This document shows, in pieces, positions 19,594 to 33,504 of a stretch of 64,000 nucleotides of DNA (position 1 is its first letter; each line of letters begins with the position of its first letter). The DNA comes from Zancudomyces culisetae HAW-14-8 (Eukaryota; Fungi; Kickxellomycota). A program made the position numbers and the translations under genes. The notes below the pieces were generated by a model that worked only from the letters and a program-made list of their open reading frames with translations, did not search any database and was not told the origin of the DNA. The DNA is taken from the NCBI GenBank assembly GCA_052426225.1, contig JBNJNM010000008.1, positions 1,922,001-1,986,000 on the forward strand. The letters are read 5' to 3'.

Positions 19594-22500
19594 TGTGCGA
19601 ATTTCAACCTTTATATTTATTTTAATAATTTATTATCTACTTGAATTTTTGTCAAGGTATTCATCCTAGTTATGAAGTACAGTTTGAATATTACTCAAGG
19701 CACATTATTTTTAGTTTTAACATTATATTTTAAATTAATCCCTATTTATTCTCTCAATATGTTGAATTAAATGGTAGTAATAAGTATAGAAACTCACATT
19801 AAGGAAAGCAGAGTTCGACTACAACTTCTGAAATCGCCAGTAAATAATATGCAAATCTTGTGTAAAATTTGAGATATCGCTTTTCTATTTGTTTGATGTG
19901 GCATACTATGTTACTCGTACAAACGTAAGGGTATTCTATCACTATATGAAGATCATTGGATGTCACATTTTATTGTAGTGTTGCATCCTGGTGCTTTATC
20001 AGTTACTAAAATCTATTTTTACTTGCAACCATTTACTCTGTTTAAGGACGCGGAATGTTTTTATTTTTTTAACTTCACACTCACTTGTATAAATATCACA
20101 AAGTATTTGAAGTTAAAGTGAATTCTGCACAATATTTATCTAATAAACACATCTCAGGTCATTTGGTGACCCCATATTACCTGGTGTTTGTCCAAGAAAG
20201 CTACAAAATGCAAAGTGTTACTTTTTTCAAAACTTTGCACCTTTCAACATCACGCGTTTCGCTTTTCGATATACAGTCATATATGTAATAAATTTTTTTT
20301 TCGAATGATAGTACATAACACAAAGCAATATTTTAATTTTTGATAGGATCTAGCTTGAGATATGGCATACTTGGTTATACTTTTTTGATATTTCACCAAT
20401 ATTGAACTTTGTTCTACTAGTGATGTAATAGGCTATAGAAGCTTTATGCACCTATCATCTTTATTTTATGAAAAGTTGGTTAGAAATATTTGGTGCTTAT
20501 TTTTTTAAATTGTCAGTTTTATTTTTAATTGCCCTGAGTTTTTACTGGTTATCCGATTTATGTAATAAATTATATTTGGTTTATTTTTACTAGCTGGAAC
20601 AACAAATCAAGTAGATTATGGCATATCATCTAGCGAATATTCAATGTCTGTGACATGGAGGTTGAAATGTGATCACCACTTAATTTAACATTTTCACAAA
20701 GTCCTAATCCATTAATACTGCCAATTGGCCTACTCTGAATAGCAGCACGGCTATTAGCATGTATGAATGATGACTCCTACACAATTTATTTCGCCTTTCT
20801 TACAAGCTAATCATGCATTGGTTATGAAATATATGAATAACATGCAGAGCCCGAATAAAAATGCTACCAAGTATAACTTCTACTCAATATCGTACAGTTA
20901 TGTATGGTGCTTTTTACTCTTAGTGTATCTTTTTGTTGTAAAATTTAAGCTATCTGATCATAAGTCTAACTTAAACTGAAAATGCTGAATTCTCATGGGT
21001 ATTACCAGAAGATAAAAAGAATACGCTTTAAGTAAAGGTGGCAATCATAAAGGTTAACCAAAAATGGCCAAAAAATGGTGATATTTGTCTAGTACCTTTA
21101 AAAGATAGCGGGCGAATCACAAGTGCAGTCTTATGACCTCCTGTTTTTTCCGTCCTGCTCAGGTGGTTAGATATTTAATTCTCTAAAAAGTCGATTTTTT
21201 TTTCTTATTTATCTGTTTTATGTTGTTGGGGATGAAAATCTACAATTCGGGTTCTATTAGATTAGTGCTTAACAAGTGCCAAATTTTGAAAATAAATCAC
21301 TGGAATTTGGCCGAAACAACACAAGAGAGGATTGGAAGGTAAGTGGAGAGTGGAGAATGGAGAGTGGGTCTACATATCTGGAAAAAGCCAGGTTGCATCA
21401 AAAAGCTGATTACAAATTATCATATATAACCTGTTTCCACATATTAACTGTCAATACGACATTACATATGTTTACTTTTGCTATACCCAAGTAAAAGTAA
21501 ATAAACAAAATAGGATGGGAAAAAAATACTGAACTGGAAATTAAAAAATAAGAAAAAAGCCAACTCTACTGGTGGATAGAAAGACTTGAACGATGGGGAA
21601 AGCAAGAATCTAAAAGGTGGGGCAATATTGAAGGATTTCCACAACCATTTTGGTGTATAGTTTCAGCAATGAAAAATGCTTCGATAACTTTAAAGTGCTG
21701 ATACTAGTCATGTTGCTAGCGTGTACTTGTAGAATCATTATTGATACTGCAATGACTACACTGGATGCTAATGTTATGTTATAGCAAATATAAATTAGCC
21801 AACACAAAAGGAAGCTACTTATGAGTGTGTCTTGGGTTTCTCAAAGTAAATAATCGAGTATACACAATCTTTTTTTTTATAAAAGCATCTGACAAAAAGG
21901 AAGTTGACCAGAATCTACAGTATAAGCCTAATTAAAAAGGCAAGGAGTAAAATTTAAAAAAAGACGGCTTGCTATTTAGATGTTGATATTATTAGATATT
22001 TCTATCAGTTTTATTTGTATTTTAAAGGTTAAAATAAAAATACTTCACTGTCCTTTCTTGAGCACATTGGCTTCATTTTTTGATATATTATAATGATACA
22101 AAAATAAAAGTGCATATATACAGCGATGTTAATCGTATACAACTAAAATTACTGAAATGCGATTATATTGAAAGCTGTGATATGGAGTAACAAAAAAAAA
22201 ATTTTCCCTTTTTTTCATCTGGTTTCAAATTGAGGAATACGTTTTGTAGATTAAAAAAATACGAAACACAAAAAATTAAAAATTATATAACAATTAAAAA
22301 TAAAAACAAAAAAACGCTAACTACCGTGCGCTAGCTTTTATTTTCCACTAATAGCAAGTACCAATTTGTTAAAAAAATAGTAAATGGTAATTTATTGGTA
22401 TAAACACGCAGGGTAGATAAAAAGTGATAATCTATAAGATTCAAGAAATTATAAATTGCTCAAGTAATAAGAAAAGACTAACAAGGATTAGAGCTAAAGA

Positions 22501-22850
22501 AGACTAGCATCTCTTTGATACACAGTGTCTATCGAGAATAAAATAATTAACGATACAGGAAAAATTGGAAAACAACCACAAGGTAATAAAAAAAAGAAGG
22601 GAATTGAGATATTTAACATTGCCAGAGTTTCAAGTATGTTGAGTTCATCCTTTGGTCTTTCGAGAGATGCTCAATATTCTAAAATGGTGTATCAAAATGA
22701 AGATGTTTAATTCGATTAATTTAAGGATTTTTTTATAACATGGATATAGAAAGGTACTATTTAAAAGCAATACCTTCAAAAAATAAATCTAGCAAGAGCA
22801 ATAGAGCGAACTGCAAAAAGTGTTAGTAAACACTATCCAAGACAACAAAG

Positions 22851-24280
22851 ATGAACGGTTTAAAAATGCTAGGTATGCTTTAGTTACTTATTTAGATAAA
22901 ACCATCTTTTGAAACATTTACATAGGAACGATATACAAGTACCGGGATATAAAAAAATAAAAATTAATTGTGAATAGGAGATCTTGACCCCCGAAAGGTC
23001 AACACGGCAATCGCCAATGATGGAAAAACAGGAAAAGAAATAGAAATATCTTATACTGGTTGCAAAGTTGTTGGAAATGGGTCATTTGGGGTGGTATTTC
23101 AAGCTGAAATGGTACCCTCAGGCGAAAAAGTAGCGATTAAAAAAGTGCTACAAGATAGACGCTTCAAGGTAAATATACAAAATTGTACAACTGATGGTAA
23201 AAAGTGTTCATGATAACAACAAAAATATTGATACGTGTGACCACATTGTAATGAAAATAGAATCGAGAATTGGCGGTCATGCGTACAGTGGCACATCGAA
23301 ATATAGTAGAACTGAAATACTATTTTTATTCAGAAGGTGAAAAGGTACGTAGAGACAAAAGGCTTATAGAAAAAAAATAAAAAAAGTGGTAACAAAATGA
23401 TAATCTGAATTAGGACGATGTGTACCTGAACCTTGTGCTCGAGTACATTCCAGAAACAATATATCGTGTGACTAGACAATATGCAAAGGCAAAACAGCCA
23501 GTTCCAACACTATATGTCAAACTTTTTATGTATCAGTTGTTCCGCTCGCTAAACTACATCCATATACTGGGTATCTGTCATCGCGATATCAAACCTCAAA
23601 ATCTGCTGGTAAACTCGGCTACTGGAGTTTTGAAGCTGTGCGACTTTGGAAGCGCAAAAACATTGATGGCAGGCGAGCCCAACGTTTCATACATCTGTTC
23701 GCGCTATTATCGTGCTCCTGAACTCATATTTGGAGCCACAAACTATACAGGTCGAATTGACATTTGGTCTTCAGGCTGTGTTATGGCTGAACTTTTGCTG
23801 GGCCAGCCTTTGTTCCCTGGTGAGTCTGGAATAGACCAGTTGGTGGAAATTATCAAGGTTTTGGGAACGCCTTCGCGCGAGCAAATCAGGACCATGAATC
23901 CAAACTACATGGACCACCGTTTCCCTCAAATAAAACCCCACCCCTTCGCCAAGATTTTCCGTTCACGAGCTACGCCCGAAGCCGTAGACCTGATTACAAA
24001 GCTTCTCGAGTACACTCCCAACTCCCGTTTGAGTGCAATTCAAGCCATGGCTCATCCGTTCTTTGAAGAGCTCCGCCAACCAGGCCTAACTCTTCCAAAT
24101 GGCGATCCCATCCCTGCACTCTTTGACTTTGCTGCTGAAGAACTGTCCGCTCGCCCTGACCTGGCCCGATCTCTTATCCCTCCTCATATCCGCGAACAGC
24201 ATAGGCTCTCTACGGGTGTGGATCCCATTTACTTTACACCAGTTCCCCTGCCAAATCCTCTTCCTTTAGCCCTTCAGTAG
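22851..24280 (+). CDS. GSK3: Glycogen synthase kinase-3; exons 22851-22872, 22978-23168, 23261-23344, 23414-24280 (387 aa)
   Basis: [21 protein letters not shown]|[53 protein letters not shown]; GT-AG introns keep frame. Confidence 0.97.
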
Positions 24281-25084
24281 CTTTGATCTTATTTCTATTA
24301 GTAATTTTTGTTCATTTTATACTAGCTTATTTTTCCATCATTTACATATATTCGTTGTTTTCATTAATTTGTCGATTTCATCTATCTCTGTTCTCCGCCT
24401 CTTTTTTCCGCTCTGGCACTCCATTTCGTTTCCTTTTTTTTTCATTCTAGCTAGTTCCATATCTTCCCATTCTCCACTACATTTCACTCACTTTCACTCT
24501 CTCCTCATCAGTTGCAACATTAAATCAGATAAAGATAGATAATTTTTTGATGACTTTGTTTTCTCCAACAACAGCTAAAAACATGAGCCAATGTTTCGTT
24601 CCAACTCTGTTTATTCTCCTAAAAATTGGTTAACCACTTTTTTCATTAACATTGATGCGATACTAGCTTGATCACATGTTAAAATACTCACATTACTGCA
24701 TTTCTCTCACTGTCAATGTTTATTTTCATATCCCCAATAATTTTTTGAAAAAGGGCTAAATACAAATGGTTCCTTTTTGCTCTTTTTTATTTGCATAAAT
24801 TGCAACTGAATTGGAAATGACTAATTTTGGAAATTGGGGTGCCAAAAAAAAAATACTGGCAGAAAACCCTTGCCAGTTGTGGTCTCGTTGTTATATAATC
24901 CGATTTACAAGTTCACTGCACTTTTTCTTTAAAATTACAGGCTACCAAACCGCATTTTCACATTTGAAACATCCTAAAAAAAAAACAAATATTTTTGTAT
25001 TATGGCCGTTTTTTGAATCACCCCCTCCTTCCCCCTCTCATATCGTTTAATTTTTCTGAATTACAATTTACTCCTTCTCAAAGT

Positions 25085-25119
25085 CCAAACATCCAAACAC
25101 CAAACACCCAAACATCCAA
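25085..25119 (+). repeat. Degenerate (CCAAACA)n tandem repeat
   Basis: ccaaacatccaaacaccaaacacccaaacatccaa. Confidence 0.6.
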
Positions 25120-25983
25120 TTATTTACCCACAACCCAATTTTTTCCATGTATTAATTTCAAGGTTATAAACTGAATTTCAAAAAAGGCACGCTAAACTAA
25201 ACATAAATTCAAAAAAAAAGTATAAATACAAGGAGCAATAGTTTCCGAAAACTAAACAAAAAAAATTTTTTTTTGGTTGCAAATGTTTACTTGACTTGTG
25301 TTTACTATGCACTTGAAACATGAGTCATTGACCTTAATTAGTTCTGATATTGTAAGGGGTATAATTATAATCACAGTGAGGCTGTGGTTGAGATATGAGA
25401 TGGAAAAAAAAGGTACAAAGAATAGTAGAATGATATATATCCCCTGTAGCTCTGTTTAGATCATTCTGACCCGCATGCACCACCCTACATATCACCACGA
25501 TTCTGTTCCAAATTTTTGTCCATAGTCCACATGACTATTCTTTTTTATTATTGGTTCAAGAGTTTGAATTTTAGCAACGTTTAACCTACATAGCCAGCTC
25601 GGTTTTTATTCTCAATACAAATTATTAACATGGTTCTGTTGGGTCTAGATTTTCGTAATACAAAAGTTGAATTACTACATATTACACAAGATGCAAGTTT
25701 TTTTTTTTTTGAAGAAGCGAAAAAAGTAAAAAATTATAAATGGAGGCTCGAAACTTCTTTTCGTTCCTCCTTTCTCCAGTCATCCCGTTTAGATACTTTA
25801 CAAAGCGATATATTTAGAATTTAAAATTAGTATTTAATTTTGATTCTACTTTATTAGCTTTTTTACTTTTTAGTACACACATATAGTAATAGGTAAAACT
25901 CATCCAGACTTATCGCGCTTGTAAAAGTAGCTACAAACTTTCGATTATTGCAAAGTTTGTATTAAAAATAAACTATTTTATTA

Positions 25984-27126
25984 ATGGTGCTTTTAGAAAA
26001 CGGAACAATGGAGGAAACTAATTTTTATCCAGAGCCTACAAAGAACAAGTTTCTAGTCAACAACACAGTATCTGTGATCCCTGTGCCCTTCAGCGGAGGC
26101 CAAGGTAAACGCGGTGTTGAACTCGGACCTATTGAGCTGGAGAAGTTTGGTTTGATTGATCAGTTGAAAAAGTTAGGCTACAATGTAACCCGTGAAGGAA
26201 CTAACGATGTTGATTATATGTCAAAAAAACCAGAGTTCGATGGCGAGTCTGAACTGCTCAAGAATCCAATCTGGGTCAGTAATACTTGTAAAGATGTTGC
26301 TGAGAGAGTACAGAGTGCATGTGCCAAGGGGAAATTTGCTTTGACTCTGGGTGGTGATCATTCTATCGCTGTGGGAACCATAGCTGGAACTACAGCTGTA
26401 TACGGCGACGATTTGTGTGTGGTTTGGGTTGATGCACATGCAGTAAGTTTATTTAAGTTTTAATTCTACTCTCATTTTGTTCTTGATTTGGCTCTGACAT
26501 TTCTCATTTTTATAATGACTTTTATACCAACTGTGTACTCTCTGTTTTTATTTCCAGCTACTTACTTTTAAAAAAATTTATTTATACAATAGGATATAAA
26601 CACTGTGGAAAGTTCTAGTTCGGGAAATATTCATGGAATGCCCCTGTCGTATATACTTGGAATCAGTGGTGATAATAAATACTTTGAGTGGATCAAACCC
26701 ATTTTGAAAAAAAATAGACTGGTTTATATTGGTCTTCGTGACGTGGACGATGGAGAAAAACAGATACTCAGAAAACACAACATTCGCGCATTTTCAATGC
26801 ACGAAGTCGACAAATATGGTATTTCAAAGGTCGTAGAAATGGCCTTGGACTACGTTAACCCAAACAGAGATCTGCCAATACATCTGAGTTACGATGTTGA
26901 CGCCATGGACCCCTCAGTAGTACAGGCAACTGGAACACCTGTCAGAGGCGGCCTGACATTTAGAGAGGGTCACTACCTTTGTGAAGAGCTTGCTTTAACG
27001 GGCTGTCTTGTCGCTATGGATTTGGTTGAGGTTAATCCGCTATTGGGCGATACCAATAGCGCTGAACTTTCAGTCGCAATAGGATGCTCATTGGTAAGAT
27101 GTACTCTGGGTGAAACATTGTTGTAA
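25984..27126 (+). CDS. CAR1: Arginase; exons 25984-26442 and 26593-27126 (alternative in-frame ATG at 26008)
   Basis: Mn-binding motifs GGDHS, VDAHA|DINT, SGNIHGMP, HLSYDVDAMDP, TGTPVRGGLTFREG, DLVEVNP. Confidence 0.97.
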
Positions 27127-27604
27127 CTTTTTATATATTAGCACGTTTGTTATCTAGGATGTTTTTTCACCCAATATCTTCAATACTATCATAATTCATT
27201 TGTTTGGTAGTCACCATCTTATCCGATGAATAAATGCTATACACGTTTATAGTTCCCTTTTTGAATATGAAAATTGCACCTTTCCCAATTTGGGAATAGA
27301 GGATGGAAAAGATATTGGTACAGTTGTACCCAAACTGCTATTTCTTTTTGTCTTTTGGTCTTTTTGTTTTTGCTTTTTTTTTGATGGAGGCGAAGAGTGG
27401 AAAGGAAGAGGATTAGGGATTTGAAAATCCACAACAAAATACAATTTACTAGCAAATTTATTGCAACTTGGGTATTTGCAAAAAGAATTGTGCAAAAGTT
27501 AAAATCAAGATAGAATATTTATAACTTTGTATTTTACCTACTACTAAAATTCAAATTTAAATTCAAGTATCAATACCAAAAACATAAAGAATAAAACTCT
27601 TGAA

Positions 27605-29193
27605 ATGCGGCTATTACAACAATTACAAACGACATCTAAAGGTATGATCCGTCTAGCTCCGCTTATTGGAATGAGAAGCTTGAGGCACTTGAGCAATTAT
27701 TCGTGGCTAAACAGGGAATTAAAAGTAGCAAATCCAGACCAAATGTGAGTGTCTTTTCGGCTATATATCTTCTAAATGTGTAGAAGAAAGAGAGAAGAAA
27801 ACAGCTCATTTCAAATGACTTTTCACCTTCTACACTCTTGAAAATTCATGTTCTTTTGTTCATAAGTAACACAAATAACCAGGCAACCCTGACATTAAAC
27901 AAAGCATTATCCCTCAAAAACTATTTAACACGTTTAGATAACGAATACTTGGTATTATTGCTAATACTATATATGTTAATAGAATCTCTAACGAATCCAA
28001 ACTAAAGATATATACCAAAACAGGCGATAAAGGTATATTAACACTACTACTTTTTTTCACATTTGGGTAGTTTATTTCCGATGTAAGCACCCTCAACACC
28101 CTCAACATAATCAATACTTTATTTATTTTTTTATGTGCAGTAGAGCACTTTTTTTTACACTGAATAAATATAATGTATTTTTTAATTTTACAATTACAAA
28201 ACTATAAAGGCATGTCCTCATTGTATACTGGAGAACGAAGGCCCAAGGATGATGCGGTATTTGAAGCACTGGGAACAATTGATGAGCTTTCATCCATGCT
28301 AGGGTACTATTTCATTTACTGTCTTTTGTTTGTATTTTTATAGTACTTAAACATATTTGGATCCTTCATAGACTAAGTCCTAGAGATTAATAATCAAGAA
28401 AACAATATACATCAAAAAAATTATAGACTGGCTCAAGCATTCCTCAGTGACGACCTGGCCAAAGAAATCTCACCGAAACTTGAGAAAATTCAATGCTTGC
28501 TGCAAGACATCGGTTCCAATATTGCTACACCCATTTTATCCTCAAGCACCAATAAACTTAGTATGTGCCCCTAAATTTATTACCTCTTCTTTTGTATTCT
28601 GTTTTCTTGTATACTTTTATATGTCAATTCTTGATTTCAAGAGTAATAAGAGTATTTACAAACAAAATAGAGCGAACTAGATTTGATACAAACTCCGAGT
28701 TTTTGAATGAATTGGAAACTTGGATAGATACAGCGATGAGTGATCTCCCTAAACTGAAATACTTTACATTGCCGGTAATCATAACCTATTTCTTTTTACA
28801 TATTCCAGCCAACATATACGTCTCAAACAACACATTTTGCACATTATTTTGTTGTAAATTGTGCTGATTCAAAAAAAAAAGTTTTTTTTTCATACAACAC
28901 CAAAATACGGCATTTCAAAGCTTATTTACCTTCAAACATACTTTTAAAACAAAAACCAATTTACACTGTAGTCCGGGGGGAAAGCTGCTTCGATCTTACA
29001 TGTGGCTAGGACAGTATGTCGTAGAGCGGAGCGCAGAGTCATCCCACTGGAAAAGCAAATTGATCAAGGCGTGTTAAAGTATCTCAATCGTCTTAGTGAT
29101 TACTTGTACGCATTGGCACGGTACACCTCAGCCAAATCAGGCATAGAAGAAAGGGTTTATGTCAGGTATGATGCCGATGTCATTATTAAATAG
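27605..29193 (+). CDS. MMAB: Mitochondrial ATP:cob(I)alamin adenosyltransferase (PduO type); exons 27605-27744, 27983-28032, 28210-28303, 28427-28560, 28671-28774, 28972-29193 (247 aa)
   Basis: The spliced product has [49 protein letters not shown]|[17 protein letters not shown] and [14 protein letters not shown]. The Arg-rich, acid-poor N-terminus resembles a mitochondrial presequence. Confidence 0.94.
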
Positions 29194-32100
29194 TCGCTTC
29201 TCTTTTTTATTTAAAGGTGGTTTTAGTGCGATCTTGATTGTGTGTGAGTGAATGTAGACGGTTTCCCTGAGCACAATTATAGATATTCGGAGAAGTATAT
29301 TCTACATGCCCTTTTGTTGTTGTTGGTAACACTATAGTTTAAGTAGTTTATTTTTTTCGAATACCATCATGGGTTAAATAAATGAGCGTCCAAACTATTC
29401 TTTTGGCTTTATACATCGTTGATCGTTCGATGATTTAGAAGTTATTAGATGAAATCAACTCTTGCTGTGTAAAATTGTGAAAGTTAATCAAGCAACTGAG
29501 GCGCTTACAGATATATGTTTGAATATTGCACAACTGTGCTAATATATCCTCATATTTTCTTTCGCTTATAGATGCCTATAACATCAACGAAATATATGTT
29601 TTAATTGAATAAGTGGGGAATGTAGCGTATAGGGTAATGAGTGAGTTGATGGTGTGGTATTATCTAAATGCACGAGCGCCACTTGATGAGTAGCCAATAT
29701 AAGTTACAGTAAAACTACAATCTGTGTTGAAAAAAAATTTTTTTTAAATCGATCATGAGCTAAGCTGAGACCAGGGTAATAGACTATATGCCCAGTTCAA
29801 TAACTCGACATCGTTCTATTGAGTGTGAGCTTTTGTTTTGATTTTGACTGTACCTATGTATTTTTTTTAACACCATTATGTTTGGAGGTGAAAAAAAAAA
29901 AAGGAAAGCGATGTTTAGTTGGGGTTTTTTTATTCACAAAATTTTAAATTAGCTATTGTTGGCACTTGCTCACACATAGAAAGTGGTATGTGCGCAGATG
30001 TTTAAATGAATTGTAGTTAAATTAAAATTTCAAAAGCTGTCAAAAGATTTCTTTGATTCTTGGTATTAAAATTGTGATAATAGCCTACACCAGCAATTCC
30101 GATTACCGTTTTTAATTAAATAACTTTCTTTTCTTGAATAATTAGCCATTATTTTATAGCAACTACATTAACATTTTTAGAATCTACAACATTTTCTGAA
30201 ATAATTTGGTGAAATCCAATATTTTGTATGTTTCAATATAGAAACATATTATTAAAAAGTTTGTATTAAACAGTTATATTATAACAGTTGAGTAATGCTA
30301 ATCTCAAGCTTAAACATCCAAAATTACAATATTCATTCAATAAAATGGCGTAGTTTAGAAATATCACAACACTTTCTGGATATTATCCTTCCTTGAATAA
30401 AAATAGATTTTATGCTCATATTTGATCATTATCTTGTAAATAAAAGCATGTGAAAAAAATGAAATCTACGGTTAGCAATAGAGTAATAGGTTGGCAGCAT
30501 GTAATTATACTACAGAAAAACCAATCGATAAGAAAAGTACGGACGAATATGAACAAAGCGCTCCCCCCTCCTAAATTCATCTGTTTCAAGTTTCAACTTA
30601 TTTTTGTCTTTGGTTCATGGCTTCTGCTTAGTTGAGGTCAAATTTTTGTGTTCATTGCCTATTCCTAATCGCCATAGATTTTATGTGAATAATTCGGGGG
30701 TTTGTTGCCAAAATTTAATTCACAAATATTAAATTAACCTGAAATATAATACCACCAATTTCAATTTCACATGGTGATTCATATTTACCGATTTTTACGA
30801 AAAAACATGAGCGATAAATTAAACTGAGAATCTTTCCATAATCCAAACCACTATATTATTCTCACATTAGTGATTTATTGGTGAGGATATTCGATATAGC
30901 TACTTACAGTAACTAATGAATATTAAAATGATTCCGACAAGCTTTTTACAGTCAAGTTTGGTGCTTTAGAGTCAGTATGATTAGCACTAACCTTGTATAT
31001 TGCATTGTTGTGTACAAAAATTCAAAAACAAGTAGGGAACCCAAAAAGTATTTTAAAAAATACTTAATTCAGAAACGGCTATAGCTGTTAAAGATATTTG
31101 AAGGTATTAACTAAAGTGCATACATTCACTAAAAACATTTTGTAAAAGGCAATTATACGTACAAATGGATATTTATTAGTAGGTGGATTGTGCATCGTGT
31201 TGCCCCCAGATATACATTAAATTAGCCTTCAATAAGTTCTCATTAAATTGGTGGAAAAGATCAGAGAATGGGTAAATGGGTAACAAGGATTTCCATTTGG
31301 TGTATGAGTCAGTTTTAGGTAATGTAACATTTGTGGTGAGTACTAGTGAAAGACACTGTGAAATGGAGTTTATAATAAATGCAAAAAATAAAATGTACCC
31401 AGTATAACAAATTTTATTCTAGTATATTTGCATCTGTATTGTCCATGTCCAACGGATCAGTTTTTTTATTTTAAATATCTGTTTTATTAAAATGAAAATG
31501 ATGCTGATATTTTTACACAATTAATAAGTGGGCAAATGAGTAAACGTAAAACAAATAAATTACAAAATACAAATATACACAGACAGACTAAGCCAGTTTT
31601 GTGAGACCAAGAACTAATAGATTCAAGCTTACAAACCTAAAATTTTGTGATGAAGACACGTTTAAAAACACAATTTGATGCTTAGTTATGATTTATATTA
31701 GATTAACTCCACTTCGAGTGGTGTGAGTGATATATACTTTTATTTTGTGGTCATCAAATTACTTAGATGAGCCCGACCCGTTTACACTATTTAACCCGCT
31801 GGTAAGTGTAAAATGGCAAGACTTGAAAGGATGTACATTTTTTATGTAATATTCCAAAGTACTGTCGCGAAAAATACGAACAGGATGTTGTTAAAACTCT
31901 GTTCTAGTAAATAGAAGTTGCTAATTCTTTTCACTTGTTTTCTCGGTTGATTTCTTAATAAGTCAGTAAATTACCCCAATTGACTTAAAACGGATATTTT
32001 GTAAAATCATTGGAGTTTTTCATGATTTCAAAAGAGATGAAATGGAGAAGGAGAGAGGAGAAAGCAAAAATTTGTGCCTATTTGTTGTTACACAAGATGC

Positions 32101-33480
32101 ATGAAAATTTGCCCGACACCAAGATTAGCGCTATAAAATGAACCATTCAGGGATGCTCTGGCTGAAAAATATCTCTCAAGTAACGAATTATTTTGTTTGG
32201 TTTATTCATTATTATTTTTTTTAGTGAAAATTGTGCTCAGGTAAACAATTTTTTTGTCATTATTGTTTATGGGGTGATGTTTTCCAAAAATAAACCGAAA
32301 TAAAGCATTGCAAATTTAGAAAAATGAATTTAATACATCGGAGATGTATAATTCGCATATTTGAACCTGCTCGCTCTATAATTTTGACAATTATCTACTA
32401 TTTCGCAATATTTTTACACGTGGTAGAATTCTATGACCCCAAATTCGGTTTATTGACGACAATTTGTGCACAGCAGTAAATAAAACCCAAATTTCTGGGT
32501 ACTGCATAATAATACCTTTATTGCATTAATTACAACAAACGTTGCACGGACATGTACCATCTATCCATGCTTTTAAAGGTGGGAAGGGAGCAGGTACTAT
32601 TAACGACCTAGTGTTCTAGAGCTGTGCTGATATTTTTTTTTACAATAAAGTTCTGTCTAAAACTGTGCCTATTTACAGATGACGTGTATTTATCCTTTCG
32701 GCAGTTATCGTCCTTGATACTTGGTATCTACATGGACATCACCACCACGACTATTAATATTGGTATTGACATTAACATAAACGTAAACATTGTGATGGTC
32801 ATAGTCACAGCCATTTTCATTTTCATTGTTGATGAACTATGCTTTGTTTGTGAGTGGACCCAAAACAAATTACTCCCACCCACGCTATTTCCCCAAAGCA
32901 ATGTTATCCAAATTTAATGGAGGATAGTGGTGGCTGGAGGTGAATCCTACAAAGAATGCCATTTGGTTTGGCACGAGCACCCTCATGGAAATGTCATATT
33001 TTCAACATTGGAAATTCAATGAATTAAAACATAAACCCCAATTGGTGCGATTGATAGCACCTCGATGGGTTTCATATAATCTTGAAGGTCGATTAAATTG
33101 CCTAACTTTGTCCTCTATTCTGTGCTTTGCTTATCGGCTCATTATCTTTTGATCTGCTATTGGGTCTGAGTGATAATTTAGCGGAAAGCTTTTAGGCGAG
33201 GATGCTTGTTAAATTGATTTAGTTTACAAATGTTCTAAAAAATAATTGCAAAAAAGGCCGCCAATCGGATTCTGGTAAAAAAAAATTTTCTTTGAAAGGA
33301 AAGGGTTGGATAGAGTTTTTGAGCTAGGGCAAATAAAGAGAAACAACCGCATGAATGCGGAAAAATGTTAACGGAAATTGTCTTGTAGCTAGCCTTATAA
33401 AAACGCAATATATTTAGCAAGGGCAAATTACAAGCGAGCAAGGATGTTAGTGAGATGTATAGATATGAAAGAAAAGGGTA

Positions 33481-33504
33481 GTGAAAAAAAAATTTTTTTT
33501 TCAC
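33481..33504. repeat. Perfect 24-bp palindrome GTG-A9-T9-CAC (RRPE-like dA:dT element)
   Basis: gtgaaaaaaaaatttttttttcac. Confidence 0.8.

Noticed and set aside
22851-23000. GSK3 lacks the inhibitory N-terminal Ser9 segment
   Set aside because: Normal for fungal GSK3 homologues.
25320-25328. Perfect Gcn4/CpcA site ATGAGTCAT about 660 bp upstream of arginase
   Set aside because: A single 9-mer; roughly one hit is expected by chance in 64 kb at this composition.
32624-32917. 97-aa Ile/Asn-rich ORF and other short intergenic ORFs (2.6-2.9, 20-22, 30-35, 55-56 kb)
   Set aside because: Mostly non-ATG starts, low-complexity or AT-driven composition, and no motifs or splice-consistent extension.
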